This document shows, piece by piece, positions 23,694 to 35,887 of a stretch of DNA of 64,000 nucleotides. The notes beneath the pieces were generated by a model. That model did no database searches. It was not told where the DNA came from and worked only from the letters and a program-made list of their open reading frames with translations. Position 1 is the stretch's first letter; each line of letters begins with the position of its first letter. The stretch spans positions 434,001 through 498,000 of the forward strand of contig JBEWZL010000076.1 of the NCBI GenBank assembly GCA_045837725.1, read 5' to 3'. The position numbers were made by a program, and so were the translations under genes. The stretch is from Vermamoeba vermiformis (taxonomy: Eukaryota).

Positions 23694-26600
23694 CTACAGA
23701 CTGCTGTGCCAGGCGCGATAACTCTCTGTGACTGCACGTGTCGCGTCACGTGTCAGTTCTTCCAGGGCAGTGACACGTGTCTGCAGCGCACTCGTCACTT
23801 CGTTGGTCTCCGAGGCTGAATTGATCACTGTGCAAGAGGGATGAGATACACGATCATTACCAAATAAGGCAAGTGACTTACATTGTTTCATGGAAAAGTA
23901 GATCTGATCGCACTCCTCGCGCAACATGCGACGCAGTTCATAGTGCAGCTCGAGCAACACGAGTGCAGTTCTGACACGTGTCAACTAGCGGTACACACGA
24001 TCAGTCACGTGACTACAAACAGCTGCAAACAAGTACGTACCTCATCGCGCGTGAGTCCGCAGCTGGGACAGAGCCAGTGGTGCGTGCTGAGGGGCAGCTG
24101 TGACATGGCCGGCACGACACAGTGCGTGTGGTACTGCTCTTGACACGCGTGACACTTGAGCAACTCTTGGGGGAAGCTCACTGGGCCTGTCACGTGCTGC
24201 ACTTGAACACTTGTGGCACGTGATCTGCAAATGACGCATGCCACCGCAGGATCTACATCATTCTCAATGGACTGCGTGGTGTCCAAGGACTGCGTGATAG
24301 GTGTCAACTCCGCACTCGCAGTGACAGGAGCCTCTTTGACAGGTGTCTCTTTGACAGGTGTCTCTTTGACAGGTGTCTTGGTGTCAGTAACGGGAGCCTC
24401 TTTGACAGGTGTCTCTTTGACAGGAGCCTCTTTGACAGGTGTCTCTTTGACAAGTCCCTCCAAGTCGCGCATCATCTCTTCAGTGAATGCCTCGTCAGGC
24501 AAGAAGTCATCGTCGTTGAACACGCGCCGTTGAGTGGCAGCACGTGGCAGGGTGCGACGTCGTTTGTTGGGCGAGATGTCCTCTGCTGTCACCTCGTGCT
24601 GTCTCTTGCGCGAGGGACTGCTGCTATTATTAGCTCCATCCTCCACGTTGTTGTTGCGCGGGGGACTGTTGTTGATGTTGACGTTGTTATTACTATATTT
24701 GGTGTTGCTGTCACTCTCCATCGGCTGATTGAGATCGATCATGTGTGACACGTCATCGGTCATCTCTTCTCGTGCAGACTCGTGTTTGACAGGTGTCACT
24801 TTCTCTTCTTTGTCCTTCATCACCACATCTGCAGTGCTATTGAGTGTGCTCGGAGCTATTTTTAGTCGCAGTGCTGGCCACGACATTGGTGTTGTTCTCT
24901 GCGTGGGTGGTGTTTGCATGGTTGTTCGTGTGGTTGTTGTTATTCTCTTCATTCATCGGTCCATTGCTGTTGTTGTTGTGAGTGCGCTCCTCCTTCGTCT
25001 CCGCGTCCTGGTCGCTGCTGTGATCGTACAGCGGCTTGAACTCCCCGCCACTGCTCGCCAGCACCAACTTCTCCAAGTGGTACGCCTGATCGCGCGTGAT
25101 TCGGAAGTTGGTGCCGATCGGTGCGCGCAGAATGGTGATCTGTGCCAGGGCGGGGTTGGCGCGCACTGTGGCCTTGTCAATGCGTGTCGGCAGCACATAG
25201 TCCACGTGCACGTGACAGCGCAGCTCTTTCTTGGCACCGAGATTGGTGTCGTGCGTGTACTTGGCCATGGCAGCCAGCTCGTCAATCTCTGCGGGCTCAC
25301 TGGTGACACTGCCCACAGCGAGCACACCAGCCTGCTTGCCCGACTCCCAGATGAACACCTTGTCGCCGAGGTGTATCTTGCCCGTCTGCTGCTTGACCAG
25401 CCACGTCATGTCACTCAGCTCTTTGAGACTCGTTTCAATGTCGTAGTACTCGGGATTGGCTTGGAACACCCAGTACCGCGCTGCTCCTGCCTCGTACCCG
25501 TCGTTGACACTCCCCTGCACGGGTGGCACTTTGACACGCACGCGAGTGGCACTGGGCGAGGGCAGTTCAGTGGGCTCATCGAGCAGCGCGCGCTTCTTCT
25601 TATGCGCGTATTCTTTCTTGTACGCATCGCCTTCACTCTTGCGGCGCTTCAGTGCTGGTGCTGGTTTGACAGGTGTCACGGGTGTTGACAGCTCTTCATC
25701 TGCAAAGCTGACACGGCGCTGTTTTTTGCTCAGTTTTTTCTGTGAGTGAGTTTTGGGTGTCTTTTTCACTGAATCACGCTGCACTCGGTCCACGGCAGCG
25801 ACGCACGCGTGAATGTGGTGCGTGAAGTGTGCGCGCAGTGCGTCGAGAGTGCGTTCAGTGGGCCGAATGCGCTGTGTGAATATCGATCGATCGGGCACAG
25901 GAATGCGCGACAAATCTACGCTGGCACCTGGCAACAACTCAACTGCTGCGTGCAAGAGACACGTGACGCAGTACTGTTGCAAGTGTCGCAGCTGTGAGTA
26001 GGTGACGCGCGCAGAGTGCAGCAGTTGCGTGGCAGACTCGTGCAGTGCGAGCACAGGGGGCTGTTTGAGCGGCATCCAGGGCTGCAAGGAGTGCGGTGTG
26101 CTGTGCTGACGACAGAGCGGCACTGAGGCAGCGAGCAGCGAGAACTGTGCCAGCACCCAGTGCTTGTGTATCACACTGCGCGGTGCGGTGCTGCGCTGCG
26201 TGGAGTTGAGCACAAAGGTGAGGGGAATGAGCGGCACCACGCGCGCCTCGGTGCTGTCACTGGTGTCAGCGGATGAGGGCGCGACAGTGTTGGACTCGGC
26301 ACGTGACGCGGCGTTGGTGCTGTTCGGTGCCACCAGACCACGTGACTGCGCGCACGAGGGACAGAACCAGTCGCCCTCAGGCACTGCAGTGAGTGGCGTG
26401 GGCAAGCAGTACATGTGATAGCCACCATCGCAGCCATCGCACAGCAACATCTTGTCGTCATCTGAGGCACTGTCGCACAGCTCGCACTTCATCTTGATCA
26501 CCGAGGCACACATGGGCGAGCAGAACCACTCGTTGGGGATGCGTGACATGGGAGGATCGAGGCACTTGAGGTGATAGGCGCGGTCACAGCACGTGCAGAA

Positions 26601-28113
26601 CACCATGCGCTTGTTGTCACGTGGCTGCTGGCACAGACCACAGATCACTTCCATCGACTGCACTGTCACGTGATGTTCGTCCAGCACACCGCCGCTGCGC
26701 ACATAAGCGGACTGCAGGGCTGGGGGCAGTTTGGCGCGACACATGAGCTGCAGCACAGGTCAGTCACGCACTATGGCTAGCCATGCACAGCACTTACCTT
26801 GGAGATCACGGGCCACTCTGCACCGTACACCGCGAGCAGTGCGCGCACCCAATCGAGTTCGATCTTGCTCCAGCGGTGCGGGTGGAAGAACTTGCTGACA
26901 CGTGTCACTTTGTCACTCGGCAACACCCCGGCACTGTTGGCGCGGCGCAGCGAGGGCTCAGCGTGCTTGCGGCGCGGCATTTTGTCTTGAAAGAGCGGCG
27001 GCTCCACCTCCATCTCAATCGGATCCGTGTCGTACACAATGTACTCGGCTTGGTAGGCGCTCCAGTACAGATCTGTCTGCACGGGGTCGTAGCCGAGGTA
27101 CGAGTCCGGGTACTTGCAGCTAATGTCGCGGTACGAGGGCACTGCGAGCTCGTCGTTGCGGTGCGGTGCAAACTTGTTGTCGAAGGTGACGAGCTGCTCC
27201 TCGTCTTCGAGCGTCAGGGCGCGCAGTGCTTCGGCGTGCAGGGCCTTGTCTGTCACGTCGTAGTCCACCAAGTGCTTCTCGTCCACCACGTACTCGCGCG
27301 GGGGATTGAAGAGATTGGCGCTGATGAGGTGCTGCATCTTGATGTGCTTGGCTTGTTGTTCGGGCGTGCGGCGCGTGGACAGGAAGAAGCGGCGATTGAT
27401 CCGCGCTTGTTCGATCTTCTCGCGCAACTCGCGTGTGGCCTTGCGCTCAAACTCCTCGAGGGTGACGCGCTCTCTGATGCTGCGAATGTAACTGCGCGGG
27501 CACGAGTCAGATCTCGATCTGGTTGTAGCGGGGGACTTACCTTCGCTCTTCATCACTGTCGGCACTGTCGTCGCTGTCGATCACTTCTTGACGTTGAAAT
27601 GGTCGCCACTGAATACGAGCAATGTGTTAGTAATGGCTCTGTAACCTGCATCTGAGTGCCCGCCAAAATGACAGCAGCGGATGTGCCTTGCAACGCACTG
27701 ATCGCTCTCAGCGCCTTTGATTATAATGCACATACCTTGCCAAAGCTTCTTTTATGTTTCTTTTTCTTCTTGCGCTCTTGTTCGCTCTGATCGTGCGTGC
27801 CATTGCCGAGTGGATGGGCCGTGGTGTTGCTGGTGGCAGTCGCGTGGAGACTAGTGCTCGTACTTGCTATGGAGGTCTGCTTTGATGAGCTGCTCGTTGA
27901 GACCTCGTCGCTGCTCTCTTCAATTTTCTTGGGCGATCTATTTTTATTTTTGTTTTTACTCGCAGCGCTCTTATTATTCGCAGTCGTATTCTCGTTATCA
28001 GCGACATAGCCACTAGTCTCTATATTATTTTTATTATTCTTCTTGTCCGCTGATGGCTTCTTATGCATCTGCGCTTTCTTCGCGTTGGCTTGCTTCTTCT
28101 TGCTGTCCGACAT
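23694..28113 (-). CDS. Large chromatin-reader protein: SANT-like - PHD - PHD - EVE - TPVK repeats - PHD; multi-exon, with a frame break near 24860
   Basis: SANT-like RWSKIELDWVRALLAVYGAEWPVISK; two C4HC3 PHDs (~26355-26645); EVE-like YWVFQANPEYYD...W......IHLGDKVFIWESG..GVLAVG.V...GTNF (~25063-25475); third PHD (~24058-24240). GT-AG introns join the other ORF pieces. Confidence 0.8.
24322..24453. repeat. 15-bp coding tandem repeat (VKETP/VKEAP) inside the PHD-EVE gene
   Basis: Repeated unit tttgacaggwgyctc, about 7-8 copies in two blocks. Confidence 0.9.
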
Positions 28114-28293
28114 GCTGCCGTGCGTGTGATTCAGACAGCAGTATATTTAACTAACACTACTAGGTGCGTGCAGTGCTCATGTCCTCACGCACAAATCAAC
28201 GACTGCGCAGATCTAGCTCGTTATTCGCATTTGGCTCCTTGCAAGCACACAGGAGCGCTCTATACATACACTGGTCCTAGTCTCACGCACACT

Positions 28294-31200
28294 ATGACTG
28301 CAGTGCAAGAGCAGGTCGTGGCGCTGATTAACGACGCCAAGCTGTCCACGGACAAAGAGCTCATCCAATCCAACTTGCAACAGGCCTTTGAGCTCGTATT
28401 CAACAAAGACAAGTCACTGCTCGATGAATATTATCCTATATTTCTAGAATTTCAAACCGACAAGCACGGTGGCGTGCGCAAGTGGCTCATTGGCATGATC
28501 GAGTCTGTGTGCAAATCCTCGACCAATTCTGAACGTATCCTGCTCGCTCTATTTTTTAAAATTACTCTCATCTGTATCGTGTTGTTATGACCGATAATCA
28601 GAATGATTTGATCACTAATTTATTTATCAAAATAATTTTTTTCTTTGACTCTCGATCCAGACCTCATTCAAGCCCTGCAAGCACTGTGGTATTTATCTAC
28701 CGATGAAAGCATCAATGTTATTAAGAAGATCATATCAGCCAGCACCATGTTGTTTCCCAAGTGGCTAGAAGTATTGTAAGTCCCTCGCTACATCTGCACT
28801 GCGTACTGACGCGTTGAATAGCGCGCAACTCGATGAGAATAGGACCAAAGAATTATGGGCCCGCAGCATTGAACTGCGCGACAAGATCACCGCGCTGATC
28901 CACTCTGACAACAATGTCGTGTCGATGAGTGCCATCAAATTCACTGAAACAGTGCTCAGGAGTTATTCCGACGAAAAACTCCGCATCCCCCACGTGGCAG
29001 ATCACGTGATCAAGAACGAGTGCGACGCCCTGCTCGAACTGCTCATCGACTCGCTCGGCACTCGACTGTAAGTAACTTGCCAAATATAGTAATAGCGACT
29101 GACAGGTGTCAAATCAGCACTCCGACCAATCTCGTGGTGCTGATCAATGCCCTGGGCACCATCGCCAAACAGCGCACACAGTTCACTGAACGCGTGAGTG
29201 TGGCCCTGGTCGAGTTCCACGCCCAGCCCAACGAGAGCGTGGCCAAGAGTCACGTGAAGAGCATTCAGCACTCGCTCAAGGTCAATCTGCTGCACATTGC
29301 CAAGTAAGGACACAATGCATTTGACACGTGTCAATCAGCGACTGACAGGTGTCACGTGACAGGGTGAAAGGAGTGCCAGCAGGGCCGTGGACTGAGCGCG
29401 TGCAAGAGACGCTGCACTCCCTCGGTGTGCGCAGTGCAGAGCTGTCACAGCAACACGTGCTGCCGGCTGTCGATGTCTTCTCTGACGCACCCAATGCCAG
29501 CACCAAGCGCAAGTACAACGAGATTGCGGACGAGGAGGACGGGCCCAACAAACGCGCGCGCACGAGTGACGAGGACCGCGCCAGTGCCACCACAGCGGTG
29601 AACACTCTCACGCAACTGTTGCCACCACCTGTCATCGTGTCACTCGTCATTGACACTTTTCAACGAAATCTCGCGCCATTCATGCCTGCTCGTGCCACTC
29701 AGCCAGCCAATCCGAATGCCTTATTAGTACGTCACTGGTTCTATATTTAGCCCACTCACCAATCTTTGCAGCAATTCTTCAACACTTTGCAGCCATTGCG
29801 CAGTCTGCCACGTGCCCCAGCGACAGCCACCTCGGCGCACTTGGTGAGTGTGCTGTCCTCACTCGCCACACAGCGCCGTGTCACCGCGGAGACACCTGTC
29901 ACCGAGGCACCCGCACCACGGGCAGTCCCTGTGAGCGAGAGCAAGCCCAGTGCGGAACATGCTCCGAGTGCAGTGCCAGCAGCGAGTCAAAAAGTGTCGC
30001 TCGAACTGACTGCGCCCGTGTTGAGTGCAGAAGAGCTCAAGAGACTCGCGGAGGGCTGTTTCATGCGCCTGATCAGAACCAGCACCGATGTTACACATGT
30101 CACACGCCGCACTGCACCCAAGACACGCTCGTCGCTGCTGTCATTCTTGGCCACGCAGCGTGACGTCGACTCGGCCGAGGTCACTGCGCTCTTGGCTGAC
30201 ATTGCTGCGAAATTTCCTGCTTCACTGAACACCACAGTCACGTGGCTGTACTTTGAGTACAACAACGCACTGACCGCGCAACACGTGACTGGCCAACTGA
30301 CCCTCACGCGCTACTCGCAAGTGCTGGGCCGTGTGTTGCAGAGCATTGCCCCGCGCTTGGACGGCAAGGACAAGACCGTCGCCACGCTGCTGACACAACT
30401 GCCGCACGTGACTGTCGAGTGCACGCAGTTCATTGAACAGCTCGCCGCACAGCCGCACACACTCAAACTCGCACTCTCGCTGCTCAAAGACCTCACGCTG
30501 CTGCGACCGCGCGCACGTGATCAAGCATTGCAACTGTTGCTGCGCTACGCCACGCACGAAGACGACACGGTGCGCACACTGGCCATCCGACTGGTCTCGA
30601 GCAAGCTGTTCACGGTGAAAGATCTCGCTCCCGTGATTGAGAAGTACGCGAGCGATCAGATGCAGGCCCTGGTGGAGAAATATCCAGCCTCGCAACAGCA
30701 AGAGGTGATGACGGAGATTGACGAGCAGAGCACGCACCCCAGCGCGAGTGTGCAGGAGAGCGAGATCAAAGCGCAGCTCTTGTTGTACTTTGCACTCTGT
30801 TCCAAGCGACACGAGCTCTTGCAGTCCCTGATGCAGTACTACACGCAACTCAGCACCCCTGTGCGACGCATCATTCACACGCAGTCGCAGGGACTCATCA
30901 AATCGATTGGCATGCACTCGCTGCACTTGCTCGCACTCATCACCAAGCCCGTGCCCGGATCTGAGCTCTTCTTGCTGTACATTCTCAACATCCTCACTGA
31001 CACGGGTAACGATCACCCTTTATTATAATTATAATATTATTATTATCGCTCACTGCTCCGCTATTCAGTCACACCCTCCTCGCAGCTCGTGGCCAGTGTG
31101 CGCGATGCCTACGAGTCCACCGCAGACGCGCGCTTCTTGATCCCCGTGGCGACAGGTCTCGACAAGGCTGAGCTGCTGCAACACGTGCCGCGCTTGCTGG

Positions 31201-31886
31201 TGCTGTCCTCGAGTGCCGTCAAGTCGCTGATCCACAAGCTCGTCAATGCCAAGCCCACGCCCCTCACCCCCGCTGAGCTGCTGATCACGCTGCACCTCAC
31301 TGACAGCGCTGTGGTGCCACTCAAGCGCGTGATTGAAGGTACTGCGCGATGTCTCTGTAATAGTAGTACTAACCTCACACCCTCGCAGCCATCCAATACT
31401 GCTTCGAACAGAAAGCCGTGCTGAAACAAGAGGTGCTGGCCGTGGTGTTTCAGCAGCTGATGGATGTCACGCCCATTCCACCGCTCTTCATGCGCTCGGT
31501 GAGTGTCGCGGTGCACCGCTGAGGGGGGCAGCACTAACCACTTATTAGGTCATACAAACAATCAGCAGAACGAAAGCTATAGTGCCCTTCATATTGTCCA
31601 ATGTTCTCTCGCGGCTGATTGCCAAGCAGATCTGGAACGACAAGTTGTTGTGGGAGGGTTTCGTGCGTTGTTGCAAGGTATGCTGTGAACACCCCCTCTA
31701 GTGTCGCAATTAATAACAGCGCTGCAGATGTTGTTGCCCCAATCGGTGCCCGTGTTGTTACAACTCCCCGCAGCACAACTGAAAGAGAGTTTCAACATTG
31801 CACCAGAGATCAAAGAGAGCATCAATCACTACCTGAAGAAGAACAACAAAACTGCGCCCACTGCTCTTGTTGATGTGCTGGCCTAG
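28294..31886 (+). CDS. SYMPK: Symplekin/Pta1-like scaffold of the 3'-end processing complex, multi-exon
   Basis: HEAT-like N-terminus (EFQTDK..VRKWL), DN.VV...AIKF.E, and symplekin C-domain LYFALC, DARFLIPV, LTPAELLITLH, PPLFMRSVIQ, KQIW..KLLWEGFVRC. Confidence 0.9.
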
Positions 31887-32396
31887 TGTACATAATCAGC
31901 CAGTACTAAAAACTGTCAGCCCGGGCACAAAGGTCATAGCGCTTGGTTGTATAATATTTGACTCCGTTACGAGAACAAGTGACGACCTGAATAAAAACGC
32001 CTTCTTGTAGTAATGATTAAAAGATGCTCCCAACTAACAAACAATGATTTGAACACAACTTGGAGATCGTGGATCTGGCTAGATTTCGGATCCTCAAGTA
32101 TGCGGTAGATCGTGCCACCACCTCTTCTAAAGAATCAAATCTCTTTAGAAAGACCACTTACCGATTCCCGACTCGCGAATGGGTGGCTAGGGCAAAGTTG
32201 GTTCTCGAAATTTCGATAAAATAATTTTGATAAAAATTGACCAATCACAGAGCTTTCATGCCAACCGTCTTTTTTTTCCCCTTCCTTTATTCTTTCGCTC
32301 CTAGCGTGTAAAGAACGAGAGTGGTATGCACCAAGCTCTATAATTAATATCGCGCGATATTAACATAGATATTTTAGCTATATAAAAACCAACACA

Positions 32397-33271
32397 ATGC
32401 CTCCTAAGTTAGATCCCAACCAAGTCGTCGAAAGTAAGTTCTCAGCATCCCTTATTTTATTATTATTACAAGCTAATTCACCACTGCACGCCGAGAAAAT
32501 ATGAATAATAATTAAAATGGAGGTCAATGAATATTCAATTATACGATAATAATGATCGAATTTTGTTTTGTTAATAATCGAAGAATAAGTTTACGTTGCA
32601 GTACTTGTTTGCTATGCATTTAGGTGTATAATAATTATATTAAATAACCACATTTATTTAGTCACTCTCAGAGTTGTCGGTGGTGAAGCCGGTAACCCTT
32701 CATCTTTGGCCCCTAAAGTCGGTCCTTTGGGTCTCGTAAGTTGTAATAAATATATATTTGACTAATTCTGTAAAATATACACGCATTGAAAATTAGAACC
32801 AACTAGGAGTTAATTACGATCGATCTGAATTATTTTTGGATGTTGAAGTTCGATCGTGTACTGACTGCGTTTAATTATCAATAGTCCCCCAAGAAGATTG
32901 GTGACGATATCGCCAAGGCCACTACTGACTGGAAGGGTCTGCGTGTTACCGTCAAGTTGACCATCAAGGGTCGTGATGCTCAAGTCAGCGTCATTCCCTC
33001 TGCTGCTTCCCTCGTTATTAAGGCACTCAAAGAACCTGCTCGTGATCACAAGAAGGGTGAGCCTTGCCCCCATCACGGTGACTTGAAGATGAACGACATT
33101 TTCCACATTGCTCGCGTTATGAGACCTCGCTCTATGGCCAAGTCATTCGCTGGTACTGTTAAAGAAGTGTTGGGCACAGTGAAGAGTGTTGGTGTTACTG
33201 TTGAGGGTCAAGATCCCGTCGACCTTACTAGACAAGTCGATGAGGGTGCCATTGAAGTCCCTGATGCGTAA
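32397..33271 (+). CDS. RPL12: 60S ribosomal protein L12 (uL11)
   Basis: [55 protein letters not shown]. Confidence 0.97.
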
Positions 33272-33381
33272 ATATAATAAAAAACTCTCACAAAATGTTT
33301 AAAAATTAAATTGGTCTTGCACGAATCGCGAATAATCATTTTATTTACAAAAAGGATTGAACTAATAATACAAGTTGATGC

Positions 33382-33980
33382 TCAGTCTGATTGGTGAAAA
33401 CTACGCACGTTTAATTCTTGTTCGAATGTACTAGTTAAAACGGTGTTAGCTTTGGCGGTAGGAACGGATGTAACTTACCTGGCTGAAAATTCAAATATTT
33501 CTTTTAGTCGCTTGTTGGAATTTATTAATTGCTGAAGGTTGTTTATATTGCCGATATTTTCTCTATCAATTTCTAGCGTTAGTAATTTTTTTTATTTTAG
33601 AACTATTGGACGCACCTGATCTGTGGCAGATCCATGTACTCCCCCGTCGAATTAATGTCCGAAAATAATCCTAAATTATTTAATTCTGTACAGGAGTTTG
33701 TGATTTGTCGCACTAAGCCAATCGCTTTCTCAAGATTGGGTTTCAAAAGAGATCTTCCTTCTGCGCCAATTACTTAATTTAAATAATTGCTGGTCAAAGT
33801 GTATCTTACTCGTAGCATCGACGTCATTGCTCTGCACGATGGAGGCATAAGTATCAAAGATATGTTGCATAGTGGCGCGCAGATGGGTGATCTATTCTGA
33901 CGTCAGTCTTTGCATTTCAACAATCAGCCTTAAACACTAACCATCTGCAACAAATTAGTGAATTTATCTACATTTTCCAT
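33382..33980 (-). CDS. Five-exon gene for a 132-aa helical protein of unknown function, absent from the ORF track
   Basis: Exons 33980-33942, 33891-33810, 33760-33616, 33562-33479 and 33430-33382 join via GT-AG introns into one open frame from ATG to TGA. Confidence 0.7.
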
Positions 33981-34128
33981 TATTGCTCGTATTCAATCCA
34001 CTTGTCGTGTATCTCAGGCCTCGTGTCAAAAATAAACGCGCTAACAAAAAAATGACGAAAAATTTTTCAACAACAAATTTGAATTTGAATTGCATCAGAC
34101 CACAGCTCACTAGTCCCAAGTATACAAT

Positions 34129-35799
34129 ATGGCTGATAAAAAGGATACTAAGCCCGAAAATACTAAACCAGAAGAAAATAAAGACAACAAAGATGAGAAG
34201 AAGGATCAAACCATCCGTGCTTTAGACGAGGGTGATATTCATATCTTACGCACCTACGTATGTATAAAGCATTTTGGTATTTTATTATTGCTTAGAAATT
34301 TATTTGGCGCATTATATTGAATTATAATTATTTTTTAGGGTCAAGGTCCGTACGACGCTGAAATAAAAACACTCGACGAAGACATTAAGAACATTGTCAA
34401 GCGCGTGAATGAGAGTTGCGGTAGGTGCTTGAAGTAGTGCTCTCAGTTCTCAAATTAACCATAATGCAGGCATCAAGGAATCAGATACTGGTCTTGCTCC
34501 ACCCAGCCAGTGGGACTTGGTAGCGGACAAACAAATGTTGCAAGAAGAACAACCTTTGCAAGTACGTATTTGTTGCTGGTTGGATGCACCACGAACAGTT
34601 TTGCAATTTGATTAAATTTCGCTGCTCGTTAGATGCACGCTTCATTTCAACTAGCACTCACCCTGATTATGACAATAGGTCGCACGTTGCACTAAGATCA
34701 TCAATCCAGGCCAAGAAGACGCCAAGTACATCATCAATGTCAAACAAATCGCCAAGTTTGTGGTTGGTCTCGGCGAGAAAGTGTCGCCCACTGACGTCGA
34801 AGAGGGCATGCGTGTCGGGTACGTAGCGCTGCTTAGCACGATTATAGGCGTATGAGATTAACAGAGCATCAGTGTGGACCGCAACAAGTATCAGATCCAG
34901 ATCCCCTTGCCACCGAAGATAGATCCAACAGTGACGATGATGACAGTCGAAGAGAAGCCAGACGTCACTTACGAACACTTGGGTGGTGTCAAAGAACAGC
35001 TCGAACGACTCCGCGAAGTCGTGGAACTGCCGCTGCTCGATGTACGTGTGCTGTGCTGTGTCTGACTGTCGACTAACCCGTTGTGCAGCCCGAGAGATTT
35101 GTGCGCTTAGGCATTGACCCCCCAAAGGGTGTCTTGCTCTACGGTCCTCCGGGCACGGGCAAGACTCTCGCTGCTCGTGCTGTTGCGAACAGAACTGATG
35201 CGACTTTCATTCGTGTGATCGGCAGTGAACTCGTGCAGAAGTACGTTGGTGAAGGTGCGCGCATGGTGCGTGAATTGTTCCAAATGGCGCGACAAAAGAA
35301 GGCTTGCGTCATCTTCTTCGATGAAGTCGACGCGATTGGTGGTGCGCGCTTTGACGACGGTGCTGGCGGTGACAACGAAGTGCAGCGTACGATGTTAGAA
35401 CTCATCAATCAATTGGACGGTTTTGACGCGAGAGGCAACATCAAAGTGCTGATGGCCACCAACAGACCTGACACACTCGATCCTGCACTCTTGCGTCCTG
35501 GTCGTCTTGATCGCAAGATTGAATTTGGCTTGCCTGATCTTGAAGGCCGCGCACACATCTTCAAGATTCACGCACAGACCATGAACGTTGCCCCTGGCAT
35601 TCGATTCGAGCTGTTAAGTCGCTTGTGTCCCAATGCCACTGGTGCCGATATCAGATCTGTTTGCACAGAGGCAGGTATGTTCGCCATTCGCGCAAGGAGG
35701 AAGACTGTGACCGAGAAGGACTACTTGGAAGCTATCAACAAGGTCATCAAGGCCTACGCCAAGTTCTCTGCCACTCCCAAATACATGGTCTACAACTAA
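34129..35799 (+). CDS. PSMC2: 26S proteasome AAA-ATPase Rpt1
   Basis: [32 protein letters not shown]-terminus [10 protein letters not shown]. Confidence 0.97.
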
Positions 35800-35887
35800 A
35801 CTCTTCTTGTAAATGTTAACTCTTGCAACACGCATTAAATCAACACTGTTTATTGATTGTAAACAACTCTGTATAGTCACTACTCTA

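Noticed and set aside
24322-24453. Regular short repeats as a possible CRISPR array
   Set aside because: Head-to-tail 15-mers without spacers, in frame within a eukaryotic gene
24729-25688. Long antisense ORFs (also 26783-27655, 30222-31016, 47317-48069, 51087-51800)
   Set aside because: They mirror real genes on the opposite strand, as expected from GC-rich codon bias, and show no protein motifs
33473-33482. ACTTACCTGG resembling the 5' end of U1 snRNA
   Set aside because: It is the reverse complement of a splice donor (CCAG|GTAAGT) of the hidden minus-strand gene; no U1 stem-loops or Sm site follow
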